DNA from: Hadesarchaea archaeon | Lineage (GTDB): Archaea > Hadarchaeota > Hadarchaeia > Hadarchaeales > Hadarchaeaceae | Direction: 5' to 3' | Length of the DNA stretch: 15,422 nt | NCBI GenBank assembly: GCA_030619825.1 | Contig: JAUXAS010000014.1 | Coordinates: 1-15,422, forward strand | Part shown: positions 7,186 to 14,767 of the stretch, piece after piece | How the letters are laid out: each line of letters begins with the position of its first letter | Numbering within the stretch: the first letter of the stretch is position 1 | Notes under the pieces: generated by a model | Seen by the model: only the letters and a program-made list of their open reading frames with translations | What the model was told of the DNA's origin: nothing | The model's database searches: none | Made by a program: the position numbers and the translations under genes

Positions 7186-8331
7186 TTACCTCTCCAATAT
7201 CGAAACTATCGCAACGGAACCGGTCCCGCCGTGTCCTTCGATTATGGCGGTTTTTCGATCCGGAACCTGTCTCTCACCGGCTTCTCCTCGGAGTTGCAAG
7301 AACATTTCCACCATGGTTCCCACGTGTGTCGCACCCACGGGATGTCCTTTGGCTTTGAGCCCGCCACTCACATTCACGGGGAGAGACCCGTCGAACATGA
7401 CCACGCCCTCTCTGACCAATTTGGCGCCTTCACCTTTCTTGGCAAGACCTAGCGCTTCGTAACACATGGGCTCAACTGGAGTGAAAGCATCGTGGACTTC
7501 TACGATATCTACATCTTTTGGACTCTTCCCCGCTTCTTTGTAAGCCTGATCCGCTGCTCTTTTCGAGCAAAGTAAAAACGTTGGATCCTCCCTCTCTATT
7601 GCCAACAGGTAATCGTGGGCCACGCCCATTCCTTTGATAAAGACCGGCGTGTCGGTATACTTCTTCGGATCGGCGCTCAGCAAGACAGAAGCGGCGCCAT
7701 CACTGATCGTGGAGCAATGGAACAATCTGATCGGATCGGCGATCATTCTCGAGTTCATCACTCCCTCTTTCGTGATATCTTTGTGGAAATGAGCCCACGG
7801 GTTTCTGAATGCATTTTTATGGTTCTTAACCGAGATATCCGCCCAGTCATCTTCCGTGACGTCATACTTGTTGGCGTACAGTCTTATCAGCAAGGCGTAT
7901 GCGCCGGGTTGGGTTATTCCGTACTTTCGCTCCTCGGGAGAGGACCCGTGAGTCAAAAATTCTGTGATTCTGTCGATTCCGAACTTGTTCATCTTCTCAA
8001 AGCCCACGACAAGGACGTTCTTCGCCTCCCCCCTCTCGATCATATTCTTAGCTCGATAGATCGCTATGCTCCCGCTCACGCAGGCCGATTCAACTTTGAA
8101 ACCATAGGCGTCGGGGTTTCCCAAATATTCCCATGCCAAAGTTCCAGTTTGGTGTTGTTCGGAAAAGGCATTGTCTACACAACTCACGATGACACAGTCT
8201 ATCTCTTTGGGAGAAATGCCATTCTCAACGTTTTTCAAACAGCCGTCCATCGCCTCCTTGATGAGATCTGGAGTATCTTGTTCTAACACGCCAAATTTCG
8301 TGTGTCCGTAAGAGACAATTCCCACTTCCAT
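7186..8331 (-). CDS. Archaeal-type (SCP-x-like) thiolase / acetyl-CoA C-acyltransferase
   Basis: VGIVSYGHTKFG, KVESACVSGS (nucleophile Cys), VLVVGFEKM, SVKNHKNAFRNPWAHF, CSTISDGAAS, VEVHDAFT, VNVSGGLKAKGHPVGAT, QLRGEAGERQV. Confidence 0.93.
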   Translation of the reverse strand: MEVGIVSYGHTKFGVLEQDTPDLIKEAMDGCLKNVENGISPKEIDCVIVSCVDNAFSEQHQTGTLAWEYLGNPDAYGFKVESACVSGSIAIYRAKNMIERGEAKNVLVVGFEKMNKFGIDRITEFLTHGSSPEERKYGITQPGAYALLIRLYANKYDVTEDDWADISVKNHKNAFRNPWAHFHKDITKEGVMNSRMIADPIRLFHCSTISDGAASVLLSADPKKYTDTPVFIKGMGVAHDYLLAIEREDPTFLLCSKRAADQAYKEAGKSPKDVDIVEVHDAFTPVEPMCYEALGLAKKGEGAKLVREGVVMFDGSLPVNVSGGLKAKGHPVGATHVGTMVEMFLQLRGEAGERQVPDRKTAIIEGHGGTGSVAIVSILER

Positions 8332-8360
8332 TCGATCGCCTTCATAAACATTGAGGACTG

Positions 8361-8378
8361 GTTATAAATAATTTCCTA
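8361..8378 (-). promoter_or_regulatory. BRE/TATA promoter of the inserted thiolase operon
   Basis: Minus strand TAGGAAATTA-TTTATAAC, with the TATA about 30 nt upstream of the thiolase ATG and an SD-like AAGGCGA in between. Confidence 0.6.
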
Positions 8379-8447
8379 ATTCAGTTACAAGTTGGTCTAT
8401 GTCTTTAGTAATAGTCGTCTCTCCTACATACGTTCAGAGATACTCCC

Positions 8448-8495
8448 GCTAGGCCCCCAGCTTCTGTACGACGACGAACGATTTGGTCTTGCTCA
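8448..8495 (-). repeat. Direct repeat, upstream copy: functional 3' end of rps17
   Basis: gctaggcccccagcttctgtacgacgacgaacgatttggtcttgctca; 4 mismatches to 3003-3050. Confidence 0.95.
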
Positions 8496-8766
8496 GCCGC
8501 CGGCACTCCATAATTTTCACCCTATCCCCAGTGCGAGCGGCGATGCAGGGTGGGTTGTGGGCGTGGAGCTTGGAAGTGCGGCGCTCATATCGCTCGTATT
8601 TCGGAATCACCTGCATGCGCTCCATCTCGATCGTGACCGCGCGCGACATCTTATCGCTCACCACGACACCTTCGAAGGTTCTGCCTCGCACTGAGAGCGT
8701 GCCATGGAAGGGGCACTTTGGATCGGAGCATCGCTCCTTCGGGGGTTTAATTCCCATGCCTACCAT
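8449..8766 (-). CDS. rps17: 30S ribosomal protein S17 (uS17)
   Basis: [17 protein letters not shown]...GVVVSDKM...[20 protein letters not shown]...[20 protein letters not shown]. Confidence 0.97.
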   Translation of the reverse strand: MVGMGIKPPKERCSDPKCPFHGTLSVRGRTFEGVVVSDKMSRAVTIEMERMQVIPKYERYERRTSKLHAHNPPCIAARTGDRVKIMECRRLSKTKSFVVVQKLGA

Positions 8767-8770
8767 AGAT

Positions 8771-9043
8771 TTACCTCCTCCGTTTCACCCGCTCCTCGGG
8801 CCGCCTGACGAGCTTCGCTCCTTCAATTTCGACCTCCTCGCCACCGGGAAGGGTGAACATGAATTTAGAGCTCCCCTTGGGTATGATCTTGGTTCCCTCA
8901 GCCTGCTCGATCACCAGCATGTCGCGCGTCTCGTCGATGATGGTGCCGCGGACGCCGAGCAGCGTGGGATCCGAGCTATTCTCGACCCTGGCTTTGAGCC
9001 CAATGAGCTCATGCCGCATTAAGTTTTGCTTGGTTATCGGCAC
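8771..9043 (-). CDS. rnp1: Ribonuclease P protein component 1 (Rpp29/Pop4)
   Basis: [14 protein letters not shown]...[11 protein letters not shown]...IPKG...[11 protein letters not shown]. Start is probably GTG 9043 (AGGTG SD 6 nt upstream); the alternative is GTG 9052. Confidence 0.93.
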   Translation of the reverse strand: MPITKQNLMRHELIGLKARVENSSDPTLLGVRGTIIDETRDMLVIEQAEGTKIIPKGSSKFMFTLPGGEEVEIEGAKLVRRPEERVKRRR

Positions 9044-9052
9044 ATGCTCCAC

Positions 9053-9361
9053 CTATCTCATGTCGATCATCTCGGGGGAGAAACCCATCCCCACGAGCAC
9101 TTCTCTTACGCGGGCCTTGTGTTTGCCTTGAAGCTCGATCCGGCCCTCTTTCGAGGTCCCGCCGCACGCGAGCTTCGACTTCAAGTTCTTCGTCAGTTCC
9201 TTGATGTCGAGTTGTTTCTCGTCTATACCCTCAACGATGGTCATGATCTTGCCGTATTTTCGTTTTATCGAATATATGTTGATTCGCTGCTGTTCACGGG
9301 CGATTTCTTGACAGACGCAGAGTTCCTTGGGCAAGCCACAGACCTTGCATACCTCTGGCAG
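9053..9361 (-). CDS. sui1: Translation initiation factor aIF1 (SUI1 homolog), probable CTG start
   Basis: (M)PEVCKVCGLPKELCVCQEIAREQQ...KYGKIMTIVEGID...LKSKLACGGTSKEGRIELQGKH. The N-terminal Zn-knuckle CxxC extends upstream of the track's TTG (9334) to CTG at 9361; no in-frame ATG or GTG is available. Confidence 0.92.
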   Translation of the reverse strand: MPEVCKVCGLPKELCVCQEIAREQQRINIYSIKRKYGKIMTIVEGIDEKQLDIKELTKNLKSKLACGGTSKEGRIELQGKHKARVREVLVGMGFSPEMIDMR

Positions 9362-9364
9362 CTC

Positions 9365-9568
9365 TCATACACCTCCTTTTTCTTTCATTATCGTGATGAC
9401 TCGAGCTATCGTGCGGCGGAGTTCGCGGATTCGCGCCGGGTTCTCGAGCGAGCCCCCCGCGGCTACCGTGGCGCGTGACCGAGCGAGTTCGGCCCGTAGC
9501 TCCCGGAGCTTCGCTCGCATCTCCTCGACGTTCATATCTCGGATCTCACTGGGTCTGAGTATCGCCAC
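9365..9568 (-). CDS. rpl29: 50S ribosomal protein L29 (uL29)
   Basis: (M)[11 protein letters not shown]...KLRELRAEL...[19 protein letters not shown]. Probable GTG start at 9568. Confidence 0.94.
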   Translation of the reverse strand: MAILRPSEIRDMNVEEMRAKLRELRAELARSRATVAAGGSLENPARIRELRRTIARVITIMKEKGGV

Positions 9569-10280
9569 TCCCCTCACTCTCCTCGGGTTTGGCTTCTTCC
9601 GCTCGTTCCCCTTCGGCGGGCTTAGCTTCTGCCTTCTCCTCACTCGTTACAATCGCTGGCGCAGCTTTCTCCGGTTTTGGAGCTTCTTCGGCTGCAATTT
9701 TGATCTCGTCGGGCAAGGGGACATCAGGGGACATTATCAGCACTTTTACCCCCGCTATCCCTGGCTTTAGCTTTGCCGCCGCGTAACCGTGACTAACTAA
9801 TTTTTCAGCAGGCTCCCCCGCCTTGCTGAGGTAACCCCGGTAGAAGCGCTGGCTGCGGGTACGCTCCCCAGCTATCCTGCCAGAGATCACAATTTCGACC
9901 CCCCGAGCTCCGGCGTTCACTATCCTGCGCATCGCGCTGTACCCGACCCGCCTTGCACTTATCCCACGCTCGAGGCTGAATGCAATCCGCTTCGCCATGA
10001 CGGGGGCGCAGAGTTCAGGTTTGGTGAGCTCAACGACTTCGATCTGTGGGTTCTCCAGCCCAAATTTCTGGGCTAGTTCGTCGGTGAGGTGCTTTATGCT
10101 CTTCCCCTTGCGCCCGATCACCATCCCGGGCCGCTCGGCGTAAAGTGCGACCCTTGTACCGGTGGGAATCCGCTGGATGTCTGCGCCACCGTACCCCGCT
10201 CGCCCGAGCTCTCGTTCTAGGAACTCCTCGAGCTCCATGTGTTTCAGGCCGAGTTTGATAAAGGTGCGCTCCACGGGCAC
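9546..10280 (-). CDS. rps3: 30S ribosomal protein S3 (uS3)
   Basis: ELGRAGYGG...[17 protein letters not shown] (KH domain)...[12 protein letters not shown]...[12 protein letters not shown] start overlapping the L22 stop; acidic low-complexity C-terminal tail. Confidence 0.96.
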   Translation of the reverse strand: MPVERTFIKLGLKHMELEEFLERELGRAGYGGADIQRIPTGTRVALYAERPGMVIGRKGKSIKHLTDELAQKFGLENPQIEVVELTKPELCAPVMAKRIAFSLERGISARRVGYSAMRRIVNAGARGVEIVISGRIAGERTRSQRFYRGYLSKAGEPAEKLVSHGYAAAKLKPGIAGVKVLIMSPDVPLPDEIKIAAEEAPKPEKAAPAIVTSEEKAEAKPAEGERAEEAKPEESEGSGDTQTQ

Positions 10281-10732
10281 TAGGCTGCCTCCTTGAGGAT
10301 GATTTCAACATTGGTCAGCGGCTTGTTGAAGGGGGTGGCTCGGGCGAAAGCACGAGGCAGAAAGCCGGGGATTGTGATTCCCTTGTTGGCGCTCGCGTGC
10401 ACAATCCTGAGCTTTTCCGCGTCCAGCCCTTTGTACGAGGCGTTGGCCTCGGCATTCCCCAAGACCTTTAAGATCGCGCGCGCCGCTTTCGTTGGGAATC
10501 GCCCACTTCCTCCAGCCCCCCGCCTGTGCGCGAGCTTCTTTCGATGGCGCTTGAACGGTACAGGCCTTTTTTTAGCGACAACCGCTTGCAAATACTCCTT
10601 GGCTCTATCTAGTTTCATACCTTTGATCGCCCTGCAGACCTCCACCGCGTGCTTCGGTGAAACGCGCATTTCTTTGCCGAGAGCTTTAGCACATGGTTCT
10701 TCCGCTTTAGTAGAATAACCGAACTTGGGCAT
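10280..10732 (-). CDS. rpl22: 50S ribosomal protein L22 (uL22)
   Basis: [17 protein letters not shown]...VPFKRH...GRFPTKAA...[12 protein letters not shown]...PRAFARATP. Confidence 0.96.
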   Translation of the reverse strand: MPKFGYSTKAEEPCAKALGKEMRVSPKHAVEVCRAIKGMKLDRAKEYLQAVVAKKRPVPFKRHRKKLAHRRGAGGSGRFPTKAARAILKVLGNAEANASYKGLDAEKLRIVHASANKGITIPGFLPRAFARATPFNKPLTNVEIILKEAA

Positions 10733-10736
10733 CAGA

Positions 10737-11138
10737 TCACTTTAGCGGGACGTACAAAGAGCTACGGGTTGCTCCAATACCTGGCATCCCATGGGTAACT
10801 TTCTTGCGTGTGTGAGAGAACTCGCCGAGGTGGTGGCCGACCATCTCGGGCTTCACCTCGATGATGATGAATTCCTTGCCATTGTGGACGGCGAACTTCA
10901 GGCCGACCATCTCGGGCAGGATTACCATTTCCCTACAGTGAGTGCGAATCGGGTTTTCCGTTTTTCCTGCATCTCGCGCCCTTCGGATGCGTTCGATCAA
11001 CTTCTTCTCTCGGGGTGTGAGGCCACGGGTGAGTGAGCGTCGCTGGCGCGCCGGGAGGAGCTTCGCGAAGTCATCGAGCGGGAGCTTCTGGAGTTCCTCG
11101 ATCGAATAACCCCTGAACGTGAACTTCTTCTTCGGCAT
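10737..11138 (-). CDS. rps19: 30S ribosomal protein S19 (uS19)
   Basis: FTFRGYSIEEL...RTHCREMVILPEMVG...HNGKEF...EMVGHHLGEF...HGMPGIGATRSSLYVPLK. Confidence 0.97.
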   Translation of the reverse strand: MPKKKFTFRGYSIEELQKLPLDDFAKLLPARQRRSLTRGLTPREKKLIERIRRARDAGKTENPIRTHCREMVILPEMVGLKFAVHNGKEFIIIEVKPEMVGHHLGEFSHTRKKVTHGMPGIGATRSSLYVPLK

Positions 11139-11142
11139 TGGT

Positions 11143-11850
11143 TCACCTCTTACCCGTTCTCCTCGCCGCTATTAACCCCACCTTTTGCCCCGGCGGCGCA
11201 CCCCGCCCCACGGTCTTCGGCCGACCCGCGTGCTTTCCCCTGCCCCCTCCAAAGGGGTGATCAACTACATTCATCGCGACGCCCCGCACGTGGGGATACG
11301 GTTTCCCTCGCGCGAGCATGACGTGGTATCGCTTCCCGGCCTTGACGAACGGTTTCTCTAGACGCCCGCCGCCAGCGACGACCCCGACGCTGGCGCGGCA
11401 ACGGGGATTGAAATCTCGAATCTCACCCGAGGGGAGCTGGACCGTCGCGCGGCCGACATCGTGGGCAATCAGGATAGCGTGGGTGCCGGAGGCACGAACG
11501 AAGCGCCCACGGTCCCCTGGCTTAGATTCGATGTTATGAATGAGTGTGCCCTCAGGGATCTCAGCGAGCGAGAGTGTGTTTCCCGGTTTGATGGGGGTTG
11601 AGATGCCGCACATTATTTTATCTCCCACTTTTAGCCCCTCAGGCGCGAGCACCAATCGCTCCTCTCCATCACCATACCTTACCCTAGCCACTGGGGCGCT
11701 CCTGCCGGGATCGTGCAGGATATCGAGCACGACTGCCTCAGCCTCCTTTTCAGCCGGGGGGAGCTTAACCTCACCAAGCCTTCGCCAAGACTTTGCGCGG
11801 TAGGTAGGCGCTCCCTGTCCGCGCCTTTGAGCTCTTATTCGCTTTCCCAT
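11143..11850 (-). CDS. rpl2: 50S ribosomal protein L2 (uL2)
   Basis: MGKRIRAQRRG...HDPGRSAPVA...IPEGTLIHNIE...LPSGE...VRGVAMNVVDHPFGGG...PPGQKVGLIAARRTG. Confidence 0.97.
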   Translation of the reverse strand: MGKRIRAQRRGQGAPTYRAKSWRRLGEVKLPPAEKEAEAVVLDILHDPGRSAPVARVRYGDGEERLVLAPEGLKVGDKIMCGISTPIKPGNTLSLAEIPEGTLIHNIESKPGDRGRFVRASGTHAILIAHDVGRATVQLPSGEIRDFNPRCRASVGVVAGGGRLEKPFVKAGKRYHVMLARGKPYPHVRGVAMNVVDHPFGGGRGKHAGRPKTVGRGAPPGQKVGLIAARRTGKR

Positions 11851-12113
11851 CAGATCATCCCCAGTTTCGAGGCTATCTCGTCGGCCATGAATTCGGGCGC
11901 GAGCCTCACGTAGGCGCGCTTTCGCCCATCCGGGATTATCTCTATTTTTACGTTATCGACCTTTACCTCAAAAAGCAACTCGACTGCCAGCTTCACGTCC
12001 GATCGAGTCGCGTCGTTCGCCACGATGAATACGAGCTTGTTTTCGGTCTCGATTAGTTTGACCGCCTTCTCGGTGGCCTGCGGGTAGAGCACGACTTTGT
12101 GCGGGTCCTTCAT
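11850..12113 (-). CDS. rpl23: 50S ribosomal protein L23 (uL23)
   Basis: MKDPHKVVLYPQATEKA...ENKLVFIV...VELLFEVKV...KRAYVRL...IASKLGMI. Start at ATG 12113 (ATGA overlap with the L4 stop). Confidence 0.95.
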   Translation of the reverse strand: MKDPHKVVLYPQATEKAVKLIETENKLVFIVANDATRSDVKLAVELLFEVKVDNVKIEIIPDGRKRAYVRLAPEFMADEIASKLGMI

Positions 12114-12898
12114 GTGAACAACCCTCCGGCGAGCTTTTGGATGGCCCCTTTTGTCCACGCCGTAAGCCGTCCCGGAACACCTCCGGGGGCAAGCTTTTCC
12201 GCGTTGAGGTTTCTAACTTCCACGACCTCGACGCCGGGCAAGTTCCTCGCGCCGAGTTTGATGCCTTTGTCTTCGCCGACCACGATGAGCGGACCTACGG
12301 CCTGCCGGTATCGCCTGCCGCGCATCTTGCCGCGTCCCGCCCGCACTCGCTTGCTCTTGGTGACGCGCTCCACGTCTTGCCACAACCCGAGCTTTCGGAG
12401 GATCTCCTTCGCTCGGCTGGCCCTACCAAGCCCCTCGAACTCGTCAGTTACCACAAGTGGGAACTCAGCAACACTCCCCGCGACGTGACCCCGGGAGCTG
12501 ACCAACTTCTTCTCCTTGGTGGCAGCGACTGCCGAGCGAACGGCAAGTCGACGCTCCTTCCGGTTGATGCGTTCACGGAGAACCTTCTCGACTTTCGGTG
12601 GGTGGGCCCGCCTCCCGCCGGCTGTGAAAGGGGCAAAAGCCCCACGTCCAGCGGCTGGGTAACGGATTCCCTTCACGCGGCGAACTCGAGCGACACCATG
12701 CCCCTTTCCCCATGTCTCAGCGGAAGTGCGCTTGCCAGCCATCCAGTCGGCCCCGCTAGGTTGAAACCTGGCACTCTGGGCGGCTAACACCGCGCGCTTA
12801 ATAATATCTGGTCTGAATTGCTCATCGAAGATTGCTGGAAGCTCGATCTCCTCAACGGGTTTACCCTCAAGGGAATAGACGTGGACTTTCATCTTCAT
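12110..12898 (-). CDS. rpl4: 50S ribosomal protein L4 (uL4)
   Basis: FRPDIIKRAV...AGKRTSAETWGKGHGVARV...GGRRAHPPK...INRKERRLA...RAGRGKMRGRRY...LAPGGVPGRLT. Confidence 0.97.
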   Translation of the reverse strand: MKMKVHVYSLEGKPVEEIELPAIFDEQFRPDIIKRAVLAAQSARFQPSGADWMAGKRTSAETWGKGHGVARVRRVKGIRYPAAGRGAFAPFTAGGRRAHPPKVEKVLRERINRKERRLAVRSAVAATKEKKLVSSRGHVAGSVAEFPLVVTDEFEGLGRASRAKEILRKLGLWQDVERVTKSKRVRAGRGKMRGRRYRQAVGPLIVVGEDKGIKLGARNLPGVEVVEVRNLNAEKLAPGGVPGRLTAWTKGAIQKLAGGLFT

Positions 12899-13905
12899 GC
12901 ACCCTGTTGGGAAGCCATGCTCAAATAAGTGATCGAGGGTGGAGAGGTTGGGGCGCCCGTGGGTAAGCGCATGGGCTGCCGGAGGTGCATGAGCCGCTTC
13001 GTTGGCCCTGGGATCGAGCCCGCGAGCACGATGAAATCCCCCTTGACTGGACCATAGCGGAGGAAACCGCCGCTCGGCGTCACTTCCTTTCCCTCACCCC
13101 CGAGCTTCAAGATGCGCTTGTTGAACTCCGTGCGCTGGTGGTAGCCCATCTGGCCGGCGGCCGGGACGGTCCACATCACCCGCGGAGGCGACCAAGGACC
13201 GAGCGTTCCAACTTGGCGGTGCCCCTCCTTGGTCTTGCGCGTCAAAATTTTGATTCCCCAACGCTTGACGGGTCCTTGGAATCCCTTGCCCTTGGTGATC
13301 GCGAGCACGTCGACGTATTCGCCCTCTTTGAGGACATCGGCCGCGCGGACTTGCTTCCCCAATAATCCCTTGCAGTAATTCCACCGTTCCTCTATCTTGC
13401 TGCCCCCGACGCGAATCTCGATCAGGTCAGGCTTCTTTTTTGCCAAGTTGCTTGCGCGGGGTTGGGTACACACGAGCACACGAACATCGGCGATTTTTCC
13501 TTCTTTGATGAGGGCTTCTGCGCGCTCGAACGCTTTCTGCTGGTCGTACTTTTTTGGCAAGCTCAGCGTTCTGGCGAGATCCTTCGGCAGCTCGCTCGCC
13601 CAGATATCCGTTGTGGCGTTGAGCCCACGGGTGGTTGAGCTGTACAGGCGAGCGGCGTAGATGACGAGAGGGGGGGCCTCGATGACCGTCGCGGGGATGT
13701 TTATCTCCTGACCTGAGGTCAAGCTCCCCTTACGGTCGTCTATCATGAAGACTTGGGTCATCCCGGCCTTGTAGCCAACGAACCCCTGGAGGCGCAAGGT
13801 AGCCTCCGCTGGCCAAGCCCGCACGTGGGCGATCGGGCGTGGGGCTCGTACCCGCGGCATGTAGGCGAGCGAACCCCGCCTCGGACGGTGTTTTCGCCTT
13901 CCCAT
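12895..13905 (-). CDS. rpl3: 50S ribosomal protein L3 (uL3)
   Basis: RPRRGSLAYMPRVRA...GYKAGMT...TKGKGFQGPVKRWG...AGQMGYHQRTEFNKRIL...GSIPGPTKRL. Confidence 0.97.
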   Translation of the reverse strand: MGRRKHRPRRGSLAYMPRVRAPRPIAHVRAWPAEATLRLQGFVGYKAGMTQVFMIDDRKGSLTSGQEINIPATVIEAPPLVIYAARLYSSTTRGLNATTDIWASELPKDLARTLSLPKKYDQQKAFERAEALIKEGKIADVRVLVCTQPRASNLAKKKPDLIEIRVGGSKIEERWNYCKGLLGKQVRAADVLKEGEYVDVLAITKGKGFQGPVKRWGIKILTRKTKEGHRQVGTLGPWSPPRVMWTVPAAGQMGYHQRTEFNKRILKLGGEGKEVTPSGGFLRYGPVKGDFIVLAGSIPGPTKRLMHLRQPMRLPTGAPTSPPSITYLSMASQQGA

Positions 13906-13906
13906 T

Positions 13907-14764
13907 TTATCCCCCTATGAGCGCGTTCAGCAGCGCAAGCGTGGCCACGAGCGCTTCCTCCGTTCGAACTGTGGCGGTCCCCTGATTCGGGATCGTATTT
14001 ATGATGACGTCGAAGAGTTTGCCTGCATCGACGTCCTGGCGCTCGCAGATTTCGAAGAGGCCCGCGTAAGAGCCTCCGAAGGCCACCGCCACGCTGCGAG
14101 GGTTGCTACTCCTTATCGCCTGCACGGCTTCATATAAATTTTTGCCGTACCGCGACGTCCCTATAATATAGTCTGCTTTCAGAACTTTTAAGGCCTCTGC
14201 GAGGGTTTTCGCCCGCAGGACTTCGTAGCCCCAGTATTCACCAACTTCACTCCGGTGTACCCGCTCAATTGCGCGTTTGCCCTCACCCAAACTCTTACCG
14301 AGTCTAACCGTTACCCGCTCTCCAACGTTGAGTTTTTCGCTTGTGAAACCACGCTCACGTATCCCGAGTTCAAGCAGGCTGCCACGTTTGCCCGCATCTA
14401 CAACGACGGCTTCACGATAATCACCAGGGGAGGTCTTCTCATCCACGAGCGGGTGGTGGGGTGTGCGCAGGGGTGGAAGTAAACCCGCGTAACGGAGCTC
14501 CTTCGTGCGAGGAAAGAGAAGCTTGCGCAGGTATTGCGGTGTTTCCATATAACGCAAAAGTGTTGAGATAACCCCGACCTCGGATGCTTGATTTTTCAAG
14601 TGGGAGTCATCATCGTAATAAATGCAGACATTACCAACACGAAAGATCGCGAGCGCACGCCCGATCGAACCGATCTTGAGAGTTTTCTGTCGAAGGTCAG
14701 GCGCATCTGTAACGAGCGAGGAAGGCAGCAGCACGAAAAACGATGGGGGGATTTCAGACGTCAT
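13907..14764 (-). CDS. SPOUT-class RNA methyltransferase (MTH1 / SPOUT1-C9orf114-like)
   Basis: KIGSIGRALAIFRV...LLRYMETPQYLRK.LFP...LRYAGLLPPLRTPHH...YWGY...IGTSRYG...NTIPNQGTATVRTEEA. This family commonly lies directly upstream of L3 in archaea. Confidence 0.9.
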   Translation of the reverse strand: MTSEIPPSFFVLLPSSLVTDAPDLRQKTLKIGSIGRALAIFRVGNVCIYYDDDSHLKNQASEVGVISTLLRYMETPQYLRKLLFPRTKELRYAGLLPPLRTPHHPLVDEKTSPGDYREAVVVDAGKRGSLLELGIRERGFTSEKLNVGERVTVRLGKSLGEGKRAIERVHRSEVGEYWGYEVLRAKTLAEALKVLKADYIIGTSRYGKNLYEAVQAIRSSNPRSVAVAFGGSYAGLFEICERQDVDAGKLFDVIINTIPNQGTATVRTEEALVATLALLNALIGG

Positions 14765-14767
14765 CGC

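Larger units (their letters stand above)
3051..8495. mobile_element. Inserted metabolic island between rps17 and rpl14 (no integrase or transposase inside)
   Basis: Interrupts the conserved S17-L14 adjacency, is flanked by 48-bp direct repeats of the S17 3' end, has lower GC than the flanks, and has its own TATA box. Confidence 0.7.

Noticed and set aside
8418..8440. TCTCT-N13-AGAGA inverted repeat after the S17 stop
   Set aside because: Only a 5-bp stem with no U-tract; cannot be supported as a terminator or recombinase site.
3051..8447. Search for an integrase, transposase, terminal inverted repeats, tRNA or CRISPR repeats in the island
   Set aside because: None seen. The intergenic gaps are all under 120 nt and show no cloverleaf or repeat-spacer pattern.
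9546..9700. Repetitive Glu/Ala/Lys/Pro-rich tail of S3
   Set aside because: Low-complexity acidic tails are common in archaeal S3 proteins; no exact DNA repeat.
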